Shown here: positions 1 through 14,370 of the stretch, piece by piece | Layout: each line of letters starts with the position of its first letter | How positions within the stretch are numbered: the first letter of the stretch is position 1 | DNA from: the human T2T-CHM13v2.0 reference genome, Homo sapiens | Direction: 5' to 3' (one strand) | Length of the DNA: 64,000 nucleotides | Assembly (NCBI RefSeq): GCF_009914755.1 | Contig: NC_060937.1 | Made by a program: the position numbers and the translations under genes | The notes under the pieces: generated by a model | Told to the model about the DNA's origin: nothing | The model's input: only the letters and a program-made list of their open reading frames with translations | Database searches by the model: none

Positions 1-821
<821 letters not shown>

Positions 822-859
822 AGTGTCAACGTTTTATGAAACAAATTATGATCCCTAAC

Positions 860-881
860 GTGTGTGTGTGTGTGTGTGTGT
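860..881. repeat. (GT)11 microsatellite
   Basis: Directly visible. Confidence 0.95.
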
Positions 882-1759
882 AGTATGGTATAGGCAGAGT
901 GGAAAATATGTAGGCATGCTGGGCTTCATTATAGCATGGTGATGAAGGGCAGGGGAGAATCTGAAGATGGGTAGAAGGAGAAGCTCAAGTTTAAAAAAAG
1001 AAAAAGACTGCCACGTAAACAGCAGGCATGACATCACATGTACACATGGATGCAGAGCAATGGAGGTGAGAGTATGTACTAAGAAAGTGTGCATGGCTCC
1101 TGGCTTCTGGTAGAAGCTCTGTCCAGCTATAAAGCAAACAATTTTTGTTGTTGTGAGGAAAGTGAGTGCAACAAGTCCCCTGTGGATTTCTCCTTGAAGT
1201 CTTTGTAGCACATTGAAATCCCAGGGCTGCTTTCCATTCTGCTGTGGACTGAAGGAAGAGTGTGAGAGTTTTACTGACTCTACTCACCACACATCTGATT
1301 GCCTGCTCCCAATAGACTTGGGAACAGCTTCCTCTGGCCATATACTCCATCTCCAAATAGCTAGTGTGAGTTCAGAATTCTCGTACAGACACACGTCCAA
1401 TTCCCACAGGCCTGAGAGCTTGCTGGGTTTGTGGGTGGGGATTTGAGGGACGCTCAGCAGCAAGTGACCCAGGCTGTGTGAACCATTCCCAGAACCAAGC
1501 AGGAGAAGGACCCTCAGGGCCAACATGTCCTGAGTTAAAATGACATGTTTCTTCCAAGCACCTTCTTCAGCTCCTGCTTGATTTTTCTAATATACAAATG
1601 TGAGTACAGGTGAAAGTCACAAGTCTTGCAAGGCACCATCTGCCCAAGAACTCATTGTCACTGGAGATTGTTTGGTCTGGTCTCCTTCCTATCCTTGCCT
1701 TACACCGCACCCTCAGCCAGCCACCATCCTGTGTATCTTAGAAAGTTCCTCGTCCTTTA

Positions 1760-2225
1760 AATGACAACAATTTAAAGATCGAATTGGCTTTTATTAGCCA
1801 TTCTGGAATTGGGTAACATCTCATTTCATGAAACAGAATGAGTGCTCCGATGAGCTGAGCAGAGGAGGCCAGCTTTATAGGCAGAAAGGGACTAAGGAAA
1901 CAGAAGTAGAACAAAAAGTGATTGGTTGTTTCAAAGTGGCTTTCTTTACAGAGTTCAAACAGGGGACTTCTGTATCATGCTGCCTCAGGTAAACTGGGCC
2001 CTTTCTGGTGCCTAGGTAAACTGGTTGCTGTGAATCTCCTGTTTTTTGTTTGTTTGTTTGTTTGTTTGTTTGTTTGTTTGTTTTTGGAAAACTGGCCTGT
2101 TTCAAAGTTTAGTTTGATGACACAGCTCTTAGCACAAGTAACTCCATTTTGGTTTGGTCAGGTCTGCTGGGGCCGAGTGCAGGAGCTCAGTCCAAACAGT
2201 GGCCTCCTATAAACGTTGTTCAACA
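1760..2225 (-). mobile_element. ERV1 LTR, MER31/MER67-like, with internal (TTTG)n at about 2041-2085
   Basis: 'actccattttggtttggtc..gtgcaggagctcagtccaaacagtggcctcctataaac..caaca' is the reverse complement of the recalled MER31-type LTR start. Left boundary approximate. Confidence 0.7.
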
Positions 2226-2539
2226 CCTCCAAACAGGCATGCTGATGTCTCAGAGCTTTGTAAGGGGTGCATCTCTCATGGGACTCCTTCCTCGCCCACA
2301 TCCCTGTCATCTTGCCAAATCATGTTGGTCTAATACCTTGCAGGTCAGATACTCTTTGGTGCAAGAATCCTTTGGTGACTCTCCCTTCTCCTTCTGCGTC
2401 CTCCCCTAACAGGTATTAATAGTTTTGCAGAGCTCCGCGTTTTGTATATTTACCTCTATGCCTGTTGCCCCACTGCCCTCCCCCACTTCTGCAGTAGATG
2501 GCGTTCCTGGAGGTCCTAATTCCTTTCCTTCTTTCTTCT

Positions 2540-2630
2540 GTTTGTAAATCTCTCCATTCCTGGTGCTTATCACAGTATCTAGCCCATAATTTGTTTATTG
2601 TAAATGTCTGTTGAATGAATAAATGGATGA
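2540..2630 (+). mobile_element. L2 3' end fragment
   Basis: 'gtgcttatcacagtatct..taaatgtctgttgaatgaataaatg' typical L2 tail. Confidence 0.6.
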
Positions 2631-2959
2631 AGTACATTATGCTTCCTGAAATTTGAGTATAACGTCAGGGTGGAAAGTTGTAAATTTTACGTCAGCTAGC
2701 GTGAGCAGAAAACAAAGCAACACTTCAGACAGCTAACTGTGGCATGATTCCACATCAGTCTTCGTTTTACAAAGGAAGGTAGTTGCTAATTTAACAAGAA
2801 ATCTTGGCTAATCAGATAATGTATGATGTTTTTAGTGTTCAGTGTATTCATTTGATAGTGATTAACGTAAAAATGGTCTTTCATTTATTTCCTTTGTTTG
2901 GAGGGTGTCTGGGGATCTGTGAATCATGGAGTCTCAGGTTTGGACTTGACTGGAAGTGA

Positions 2960-3175
<216 letters not shown>

Positions 3176-3300
3176 TGATCTCAGAACTGTCACCTCAGAA
3201 AGGCGTGGCTGTTTGATTCTAGTCATCTGCCTAGGAGATAGTTGAAGCTTGAGAAAGAACATTTGAGAAGTGCTGAAAACATGATCCACTCACCCCACCA

Positions 3301-3301
<1 letters not shown>

Positions 3302-3344
<43 letters not shown>
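3302..3344. repeat. (CA)21 microsatellite
   Basis: Directly visible. Confidence 0.95.
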
Positions 3345-3346
<2 letters not shown>

Positions 3347-4638
3347 CACAAACCCAGTGAATTCAACACGCCTTCTCAGGTGACGGGTCCATGCTGTGTG
3401 GGCTGCAACCTCCAGTCCCAGCATGCTGACTCCTTCCCGCTTCTCCCCGTCAGCCCCTGACATCAGTGTGGGCAGCAGTTCCCACAGCCCAGGTTCAGGA
3501 TCCGCTGTCAGAGATCCCCCTTGCGTGGTCCTGCAGCCCCATGTGGAGGCCTGTTGGCAGCTTACCTAGCTGTTGCTGGGTTTGTCATTTGAAATAAAAT
3601 GTGTCTTTAGCTAGTGCGTAAAATTGACTAGATATGAACTCAGGGATCACATGAGTTGCAGGGGATTTGGTTTTGTTTTTCTGGACCAGAGAATCAGAAA
3701 GGAACCAAAAAAAAATAAAAAAAAGAAAGATATAGGTGATCCTGACAAACCCGCGCCAAAGCTGGGTGGGGTGTTAAAGGGGTCGTGCAGTCTCAGACAG
3801 CAGAGGGGTCTGCCACACAGATGTCATTTGCGGCTGAATGTGGCAGAGTGCTTGGGTGACCCCATCCAAAGAAAAGGGAGATGTGTGCCTGGGCACAGAG
3901 GGGCGAGATGTGAGCATGGCTGCACGGCCTTGTTTCTGCCTCTGGTCTTTGCGCAGGGGGGATTCAGAAGTTTAGACAGAGGTCTGTTGCACAGTTCACC
4001 TCCTGTGCTGTGTGCTGGTGGCGGTCATGATTTGCGTGCATGGTTCCTGGGCCGTCAGTGAGAAGGACACAGGGAGTCACCTCTCCAGGCCTCAAGGAGA
4101 GAACAGTCTCCCAGGGCCTTTCTTCTGAGCCAGATGTTCCTGACGTCCCTTACAGCTGCTTTTTTCTGGGGAGGCTCACTAGTTACATCCGAGGCAGGGA
4201 AGAAACAGAAGGGCTCCTTATTGGTTCTACCGTCTCCCACATCCAAAGAGACCCGAGGGACTCATTTTACCAATCCTTGTTGACTGTGATTCCGTTAATG
4301 GGAAAATATGACCCATTTTCACTGCATTATTTACATAAATCCATTTTCTACAGAATTTGAATTCAAAGGCCATTTGAGGTGGGAAGTAAGTAAGAGCTGA
4401 GAATGCACGGAAACTTATCTGCAGGCACTTTGAAGAATTTTTTTTTTTTTTTTAAGTAGAGAGGTCAGAGATGGTGCAAAATGAACATTTAAAGCAGGGG
4501 AAAATTCCATTGTCTTATAACATTTTTCACTATTTTCTGTTGTCTTACCACTACTTAGGCTCAAACTATATGATAATTTCCAGGGACAACTTGTAGAGGT
4601 TTAAATAAATTTAATCTGGCTTTAATAGTTAATAACTC

Positions 4639-4721
4639 GAGGGGGGCAGCCAAGATGGCCGAATAGGAATAGCTCTGGTCTACAGCTCCCAGCGTGAGCA
4701 ACGCAGAAGACAGGTGATTTC
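4639..4721 (+). mobile_element. L1PA 5'-terminal fragment (83 bp) with 16-bp TSD and no poly(A) tail
   Basis: GAGGGGGGCAGCCAAGATGGCCGAATAGGAATAGCTCTGGTCTACAGCTCCCAGCGTGAGCAACGCAGAAGACAGGTGATTTC matches the start of the L1PA 5'UTR. TAATAGTTAATAACTC flanks it at 4623-4638 and 4722-4737. Confidence 0.9.
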
Positions 4722-5419
4722 TAATAGTTAATAACTCTGTCATCACGGTGGTTAAAACAATGATTGCGATGTATTAGTGAAACTAAAGTTTAGAATAAAC
4801 TAAACCTTGTGTTCTTTTTTCTGACCTTTAAACATTAAAATAAAGAGAATTTTCAAATATGCATGTTATCTAAAATCCCAAAAATAAAAGAAGAAGTTGA
4901 GTGAGAGGGATTTGAAGTAGTAAAACAAAAGAGTGAGAATGCCATGTAAAAAGTTACAAGTGGAATGTTTTCAGTGCTTTTAAGACATCCCATCTGCCCC
5001 GACACAGTTTAATTGTTAAGAAGAGACACAGTTTTAGTCTCTTCTTAACAATTTTGACCTAGTACCCTTTTTCTGGATGTTTGTAAAATGGTGTTGTCTC
5101 TCTTACAATGCTAAAGAAAACTGATCAGAGTGAATTTTTCACATGTGGATAGATTGTGTTGGTCTGCATACATGTGAGTAGATATTTAGGTCTTTGTAAC
5201 TAAAGTAATATGATCTGGAGATAATCCAGTCATTTGTATGTAAAAATTAAATAATCGATTTGGGTGGGTTTTTTTTTTTTCAAATTCAAGAATAATATGC
5301 TACTCCTGGAACCGTGCAGCGCACGGCCAGGATCCTTCACAATGTGGCGTTTGTTGAGAGTTTCACAGAGGTCAAGCGTTTTGGGCAGCTCCTGACTCCC
5401 TTGGTTTGTTTTTCCTTAG

Positions 5420-5647
<228 letters not shown>

Positions 5648-7499
5648 TAGTCCCAGGTTTATAGCTGTTAGGTTTCATCAGTTCTGGCCTTGAGAACCCA
5701 TTTTCTTTCCAGTTGACTGGATAGTTTGAGTACTAGGAATACTCAACTCAGTTTTAAAAACTATTTGAGTCAGAGATCTTCAAGGAAAGCCCTGTACTGT
5801 AATGAAATGTTGATGCTTTTTGTCCGTGGTTTGAAATTCTCTTTTAATTACTTTGACTTTTATTTCTGAGCCTCCCCTACCCATATGCAGAATAACTCAA
5901 ATCTTATAAGATTTGAATCTTATTCCTAGCTTTCTGAAAGAGTGTCCTGTCCTTGATGTACGCCTTTTGAAATTAGAGTTTGAGAACTAATTCTCCAGAT
6001 TGGTGTTTGTCTTTACAGCTAGAAGAGGATGTCTGAGAACTGTGGCAGACTCGGCGTTTTTTCACACTTCTTAACACATCCAGAACGTGGCCTCCTAAAG
6101 AGACATATTTTTATTCTCAGAAAATACAAATGTATCATGAGAATGCTACTCTTTCATCCCTCTCAAATAGTAATAATCCCCCTGGGAAAAATTACTCCAA
6201 ATGTTGACTAGACAAGGCCCTTTATTGTTCAAAGAACCAAAGAATATAAAGTTTCCAAGCGTCTTTGTTTCTGTGTCAGTGAGTTTTATGCTTCAAACAG
6301 AAATGATTCATCCTCACTGATATTCTTTAACCTATTAAATACTGACAGAGAAAATGCATGCACTGCCATTTTCTTATGCCACGTGATATAGTCTTTCAAT
6401 TTCATCAGAACTCCTTTTCCTTCGAGGGTTCATAAGTCTTTAAATCAGAGAATACAATTTTATGCTTTCTAGCCCCACCCCAAAAAAGAGCATTCCAGTG
6501 AAATCATTTTCTTTTAACTTGAAACCCTTCTTGTGATTCATCTTTACTCAGTGGATTTAATTTATTTTAAAATGGTTTTATAAATAAGAGTGTATACGTA
6601 TAAGAGTTTGGGATGTGATTTTGTTTCAGAGGCTGTGATATTTTGGTGACAGACTCAGCCATCATTGTAGCAGGAAGGATTAGTGATGGGAAATGGTATG
6701 TCTGATGAGCATAAGAGAAATTTGAGCAATTATCCTCCATACCTGAGCCCAGGCTTTGGTACTTAAGAAGAGTCTGCAAATAGCATGAACTAGCCACAAG
6801 TACTCTCTGAAGACCCCTTACCACTTCTTATCTAGACATCCTACTGTGTTCCTAACTCAGAATTGCTTGCCTTTTGACTCTCAGAAGCTTTACAAGATGG
6901 TCATTTACTTACCTGCTTCAAAAGGAACTAGTGTGGCTGTTCTGCAGTGGAGACGATGGTTTTCTAATCCTGGAATTATGATCATATACGTTCAGTTGGT
7001 GCCTTGTGGTTTGTGGTGAAATTGCTATAGTTTAACCAGATTCCATTATGTAAGTCCATTCATTCACCTACCATGGTCAGTATTTAAAAGGATGTAGACT
7101 CCCAGCAGTTGCTAACTTACCTAAGAGACAGCACCAAATGAATTTTAAATTAGTGCTATCCTTATCTAATTCCTCCAAATTTGGCAAATTACCTGGCAGG
7201 CAGCCAATAGGATGCTTTTTTCCTCTTTTTATTATCACCATCATCATCAATGTCATTATTTCATTGTATTTATTGAGCCTTCAGCATAGGGGTTTTCTTT
7301 GAGTTGTGTTGCAAACAATAATCTATTGAGTGAAACTGTGTAAAGTGAAGTAAATTGCAAATATTAAGTGTATCAGAACAACAGAGGGACATTGGTGTTC
7401 TTGGTCATTAGTTGACTTCCCCTAACAAATTGAATATTTTATAATTAATTTCTAAATTCTCACTGTTAGTACAGAGAAAAAAATCATTATATTATTGTT

Positions 7500-8692
<1,193 letters not shown>

Positions 8693-9234
8693 TTAGGCAT
8701 TGAAGGGTCAGTGTAGAATTTAGATCTAGAATTTTATGATCAGGGCAATTTGGGAAAATAAACCTGTCATGTCTTGTAAGGTGAGCGGTAGAAAGAAAAC
8801 TACTGGCAGAGATTCCAGGGGACAGCTTAGGGAGGGTTAAACCCAGGAATGGGATAGTGTTTGGAGAGGGTGTTTTGAAAGGAGCTTCTTTGTTTGCTGA
8901 GATTGTGGTGTATCTACAAGGTAAGAGGCTCTCTGAGGGCACAGTGAATATAGATATCAGCAAGCCAGGCACTGCCTCTCCTGCCCTCTGGAGGCTTCCC
9001 TCTTGAAAGAGGAGTAGGGGGTGGTCACATGGGACAAGGGAGATGTGGGGCATGGTTGGGAGAAGGAACATTCCTGGCCAGGACCTTGCAGGTGCACAGG
9101 ACCTGAGCTGCTGAGGCCATAGGAAGTGTTTTAGTGGGACTGGGGGTGCCTGGACTCTGAACTCTGTCAGCCTCTGGTGAGAGGCTCGGGACACTGGGCA
9201 TTCCTGCCCCAGACTGGAAAAAACAGTAACCTCC

Positions 9235-9597
9235 TACTGTAATCTGACTGCTCATGCCCCCCCCGCCCAATTCATATGTCAAAACCTCAAACTGTAAGGT
9301 GATGGTATACAACATAGGGCCTCTGGGAGGTGATTAGGTCGTGAGGGCGGATCTCTCAGGAATGGGATTAGTGTACCTATAAAAAGGACCCTAGAGAGCT
9401 CATTTGCCCCTTCCACTATGTGGGAATATAGCTAGAAGACATCACCTATGAGGAATGGGCCCTCACCTGACACCACAACTGCCACTTCCTTGATCTTGGA
9501 CTTCGCAGGCTCCAGAACTATAAGAAATGAATTTCCAGGGGTTATAATCCATGCAGTTTATAGTATTTTGTTATAGTCAGCCGAAAGAACTAAGACA
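9235..9597 (+). mobile_element. MaLR LTR (MLT1A-like)
   Basis: 'gggaggtgattaggtcgtgagggcgga..aatgggattagtg..ttgatcttggacttc..tccagaact..gtattttgttatag..actaagaca'. Confidence 0.8.
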
Positions 9598-10110
9598 CTC
9601 CCTCTCCTCCTTTCCCTATCCTTCTGGAAGTATCAATCAAAACACATCTCTACATATTTCTAGCATCCCCCTTGTAGTGGACAACCACCCCTAGTCAAGA
9701 CGACTACAGCATAGAGAGGAGGTAGGGGCTGGAAAAGGGAACAAATACTTGAGAGAGGATCTGATCACTAACACCTGGCGGAGGGGGGGACTTTTTCTCA
9801 GGGCAGGGTTGGAGGTAGGAGAGTTTTGTGATGAGATTTGCCTGTAAAGAAGATTAAGACTGCTCTGTAGAGAAACACATAGGATCTGGCAAGAGTATGC
9901 CAGGACCATGCGGTTGCACAGGACCTGAGCCACTGAGGCCATGGGAATTATTTTAGTGGGACTGGGGGTGGCAGGGATTTTTTTGGTAGGGATGGGAGTG
10001 GCAGGGATAAAGACTGTAAGCACCAGAGGACCAGGATATGTCAGCTGACTGGAGGACTTGTTTATGTGTGCTGATTTGCTGTCCTGAGTACAAGTGAATT
10101 CTTATTACAC

Positions 10111-10402
10111 TTTTTTTTTTTTGAGACAGAGTCCCATTCTGTCTCCCAGGCTGGAGTGCAGGAGCACGATCTCGGCTCACTGAAATCTCCACCTCCCATG
10201 TTCAAGTGATTCTCCTGCCTCAGCCTCCTGAGTAGCTGGAATTACAGGCTCATGCCACCATGCCCGGCTAATTTTTGTATTTTTAGTAGAGATGGGGTTT
10301 CACCCTGTTGGCCAGGCTGGTCTCGAACTCCTGACCTCGTGATCTGCCCACCTCGGCTTCCCAAAGGGCTGGGATTACAGGTGTGAGCCAATGCACCTGG
10401 CC
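10111..10402 (-). mobile_element. AluS (Sg-like)
   Basis: Full antisense dimer; TSD TTATTACAC. Confidence 0.93.
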
Positions 10403-11767
10403 TTATTACACTCTTAATTGTCATTTAGGAGAATGTATATCCTCCCCACCCCCAAAGAGGCATAGGAACATGGCACCAATTTGAGACAAACTAGGGCACT
10501 GTCAAAGCTGGGGGCCCTTGGTCTAACAGAGGGGTGCCTTCAGGACTCTCCCCTCCTGCAAGAGCTGCCTGAAGCCATCCCTCAGATGGCCACCCACACC
10601 CAGAGCCCCAGAGGAGTTTTGTTTGACCGGGGGCTGAAGTCCCTAGAGTAGTTTCATTTCCCACTTGATACCTTATGGATGATGTCACAAAGACAGGAGG
10701 TTTTACTAGAAAATTCTGCCTCCACCATCTATGGAGAGAACCTCAGGTATATATCAACAGTGTTCACTTTGGGCAAGGCAACAGAAGCACACTTCTTCTT
10801 GGGAAGAAATATTTTGAGAAGGTATATCGTTCATTCCCTAGAATGCTTCCAAGAATTTTGCTTTGCTTATTTTCATGTGGTTTTGGAGAGACTTTTCAAA
10901 GCACTCCTTTGCTGATGGAGTTTGTGATGATTCATTTCAAATTTCAAAATAAATTTTTCCACTCAAGCAATTCAGTAAATCAGATTTCTTCCAACCATCA
11001 CAGCCATACACTTACTGCCATGGTCTGCCTGCAGCTCCTCGCCTTTGATCTGGAAAGCGATGCTAGGTTAGACCTAGGATGTCACCTTCACAGGGACCCA
11101 AGTCCATCAGGAGCCCTGGTGTCAGCCCACACCCGGGTTTCCTGTTGGCATGTCCAGTCGGCAGAGTTGAGCAACCCTCCTTGAAGTGTAATGTGGTTAT
11201 TGGCAAAATAATACAAAATCGGTCTTGATTTTAAAAAAGGAAGTATTCAGATTTTTCTTGATGAAATTTAAGAGGGAGGTGATGGGAAAGAGACTATGCT
11301 TAACAAAAGAAAAGAGCTCCTAAAAACATTTGTTCTTGATTCCCCAGAGTCCACACCGTAGAAACTGCTCCCTCACCGTTTAAGGAGAATACCATACGGA
11401 TTCTTATGTATGGGTACTAATTACGCAACTGGGCCTTTCGACATTTTTGGAGAAGTCTATTTTATAATTTTTAATAAATTTGCTCCTGTAAGATCAGCCA
11501 TGTTTTGTATACTGAAATAGTAGTGCACGTGTATAAAATAAAACTCAGTGTGACTCTCTTTTCCCCTGGCATTCTTGGGTCATATTAGTTTAAACTATTT
11601 CTGACCCTTACTTTATTACTGAAAACTTGAGTGTTTCATACCATATAAATCCTGAGACTTGCGTTGTTTCACATTAAGCTAAATTTGGGCAAGATTGCCA
11701 GTGTTCTCTGAGACTGCAACTTCTTAAACTCAATTATTCACTCATTTTTGTAAAAAGATAAAAGAGT

Positions 11768-12068
<301 letters not shown>

Positions 12069-12079
12069 GATTAAAGAAT

Positions 12080-12700
12080 ATGTTCTCTATGCCAGGCTCC
12101 TCCTGTGTTCTGGGGACACAGTAGTGCGTTAATAGAGGAGTTCCCACCCTCATGGAACTGACACCTAGAGAAGGCAGGATTTGAACAGGAAATGTTAGCA
12201 AAGTAGAAGGTCAAGTTCAGATGGGATGTCTTCCAGGGAAAACTAACCTGGGCTGAGCTTTAAGGACTGCTTCCTGGAGGATGTGGCAGCAGAGTTGAAG
12301 GATGAGTCGGAATGAGGTAGGAGAAGAGGAGAGAGAGGAAAGAGTTTCAGGTTGCAGGAATAGAATAGTTCCAAGAGAAAGATGACATGAAGCAGTTGGG
12401 GGGAGATATTGCGGGGCAGATTGTGAGACACAGATTGCCTTGGGATGGTGAGAGTGGAGATAGAGAAGTCAGACCTTTCCAGGCCTTTTGGAATAAATGA
12501 GCCTTTTGGAGGATAAGTGTAATAAGGCCATTGGCAGGTTTTAAGCAGGGAGCTGTGCAGTCTGATTTATTGTAATATAACCACACAGGCCAGGATAATG
12601 ATTGGAGTCCTGTTCCTGGGCTGTTGCTGATCTAATGTAGCAATCATGGCACTTGAGAAAAGTGGATGGGTTGGAGGCAAAGCTAGAAGGACTCAGTATT
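12080..12700 (-). mobile_element. L2 fragment
   Basis: 'tatgccaggc..ctggggacacagtagtg..ccctcatggaactgaca','ggccattggcaggttttaagcagggg'. Boundaries approximate. Confidence 0.65.
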
Positions 12701-13567
12701 GCATTAATTAATAATCCCCTTCTCCACCTGGTTGCACAATGTCCTAAACCCGCCAGGAGAATGTGCTAATGCAGTCATAAAGAGCAACAAAATACCATAT
12801 TTTACAGTAAGGTATGTGAAACAATACACTGACATTTTGTTCCCCCATAAAAGTCACCAACAGTGCTATGTGCAGCATGGAAAAGATCTAAAATAAATTT
12901 AAAAGATTCAGAGACAAGCATTAAATGCTAAATGGGAGAGGAAAAGAGGGTAGTAACTCCATGTGGCCTCTGCCATCTGGGAAGACCTGCAGGGAGGACA
13001 GAGTGTGGTGGAAGTTCATAAAATCCTGAAGTTAGTGGAACTTGCTCCCTAAGACCTAGAAACACAGAACATTCTGGGAGTCTTTCAGATTTGTACAAAT
13101 GAAACTAAAACTCATAAATCTGCATAACTGGTTACTAACCCGATCATAGTACATTGAAAATATAAACAGGTTTCCAAATTCAAATGCAAGATTTTTGTTT
13201 CTGTTTTGTTTTAAACCGCAGTTATGAACTGCGGTAAAGCTCTGACTTTAGCTGTTTTCCTGTATTGTGACAGTGCACCTCACACATCCTGAAACCCAGA
13301 ATTGGGCTGGAAGGGCCATTGTTTTCATTCAGTTAAATATTTCTTATGTTTCAATGTCTCTTTTAATAAACTCTGTGTTGCGCGTATTTTAGACAGTTGG
13401 GTTTGGTGTAATGTTGTAAGAAGTGTGAGCCAGAGTTCCTAGATTTCACCCTTAGCAGGAAGTTGAATCAAGATGGATTAGCCAGGGAATCTCAGGGGCT
13501 TAACCCAGTAAAGAGTTATTTCTCACCCATGTCCCTATCCAGTGGAGAAGTGCATTGTTCGCGGGTG

Positions 13568-14127
13568 TGTTGAGTATGTTTTTCTTATTTTCCATATTCC
13601 TGATGCACTGGCATTAGGGGCCTTGATTCCGGAGACACTGTCCTCCCAGGGCTAGCTAATTCCTGAAGTTAGCAAATGCCTCCCCTGCCTGCATGCCTTT
13701 GACATACAAATCAACCAAGCCCGAGCCCACACCCCCAGCCACCTCCTTTATCAAACTCTCACCCACTGAGCAGGTGTTCCCTTTGCCCAGCAGCACCCCA
13801 GGGCCAGGTACCCAACAACTAGGGACCATCCTTACAGCCCTGAGCCTGCCAGAATTACTCCCATTATACAATCCTAAGTGTCCTCAGTCAGCATACCTAC
13901 CCTGCCTCACCTGTTCCTCCCTGTAAGAACCCCAGTAGAGGCCTGGGCCATGCTCAGCGTCTCTCCAACCTCCTGAGCTCCGTGGCGCTACCTGGCATGG
14001 CCTTGCCAGGCATGCTGTGCCTCCTGCTTCTAGCATCTGTGAGTACGAACTTCTGCCTCCATGACAATCATTCCATGTCTGCCTGTCTTACCATATCTGT
14101 TAAAACTATGCCTGCTTCATTTCAACA
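13568..14127 (+). mobile_element. ERVL LTR (MER74/MER73-like)
   Basis: tgttgagtatgtt..tccatattcctga..ctgtcctcccagggctagctaattcct..cagggccaggtaccc..aactagggac..ttcaaca. Confidence 0.75.
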
Positions 14128-14370
14128 CAGTGAGGCTCCATGGAGTACACCCTCAGCCTCAACACTGGGAGGGGAGAGGCAAGATGGTTTGCAGGGCAAG
14201 GATCATTTGCTCTTACCCACATCTGGCAGGAAGAGATCCATCAGTTCTGCCCATATCTGATTGGCAAGAACTAGTCACAGGGCCTAGCACGGCATGGGGT
14301 GCTGGGGGATATCACTTAGTTGTGTACCCAGGAGTAAGAAACACGTGTGGCCTCACTGGGTGACTGCCTG
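14128..14370 (-). mobile_element. Old MaLR/ERVL LTR fragment (MLT1J/K/L or LTR33-like); other part at about 13470-13567
   Basis: 'tctgattggcaagaactagtcacagggcc..ttgtgtacccagga' and 'ggcttaacccagtaaagagttatttctcac'. Confidence 0.5.

Noticed and set aside
2488-2505. CTCF-like TGCAGTAGATGGCG, and GGCCACAGATGGCACTA near 41815
   Set aside because: Both deviate from the core consensus and cannot be supported without ChIP data.
10675-11184. 169-aa ORF in unique sequence
   Set aside because: No recognisable domain; a length expected by chance in 64 kb.
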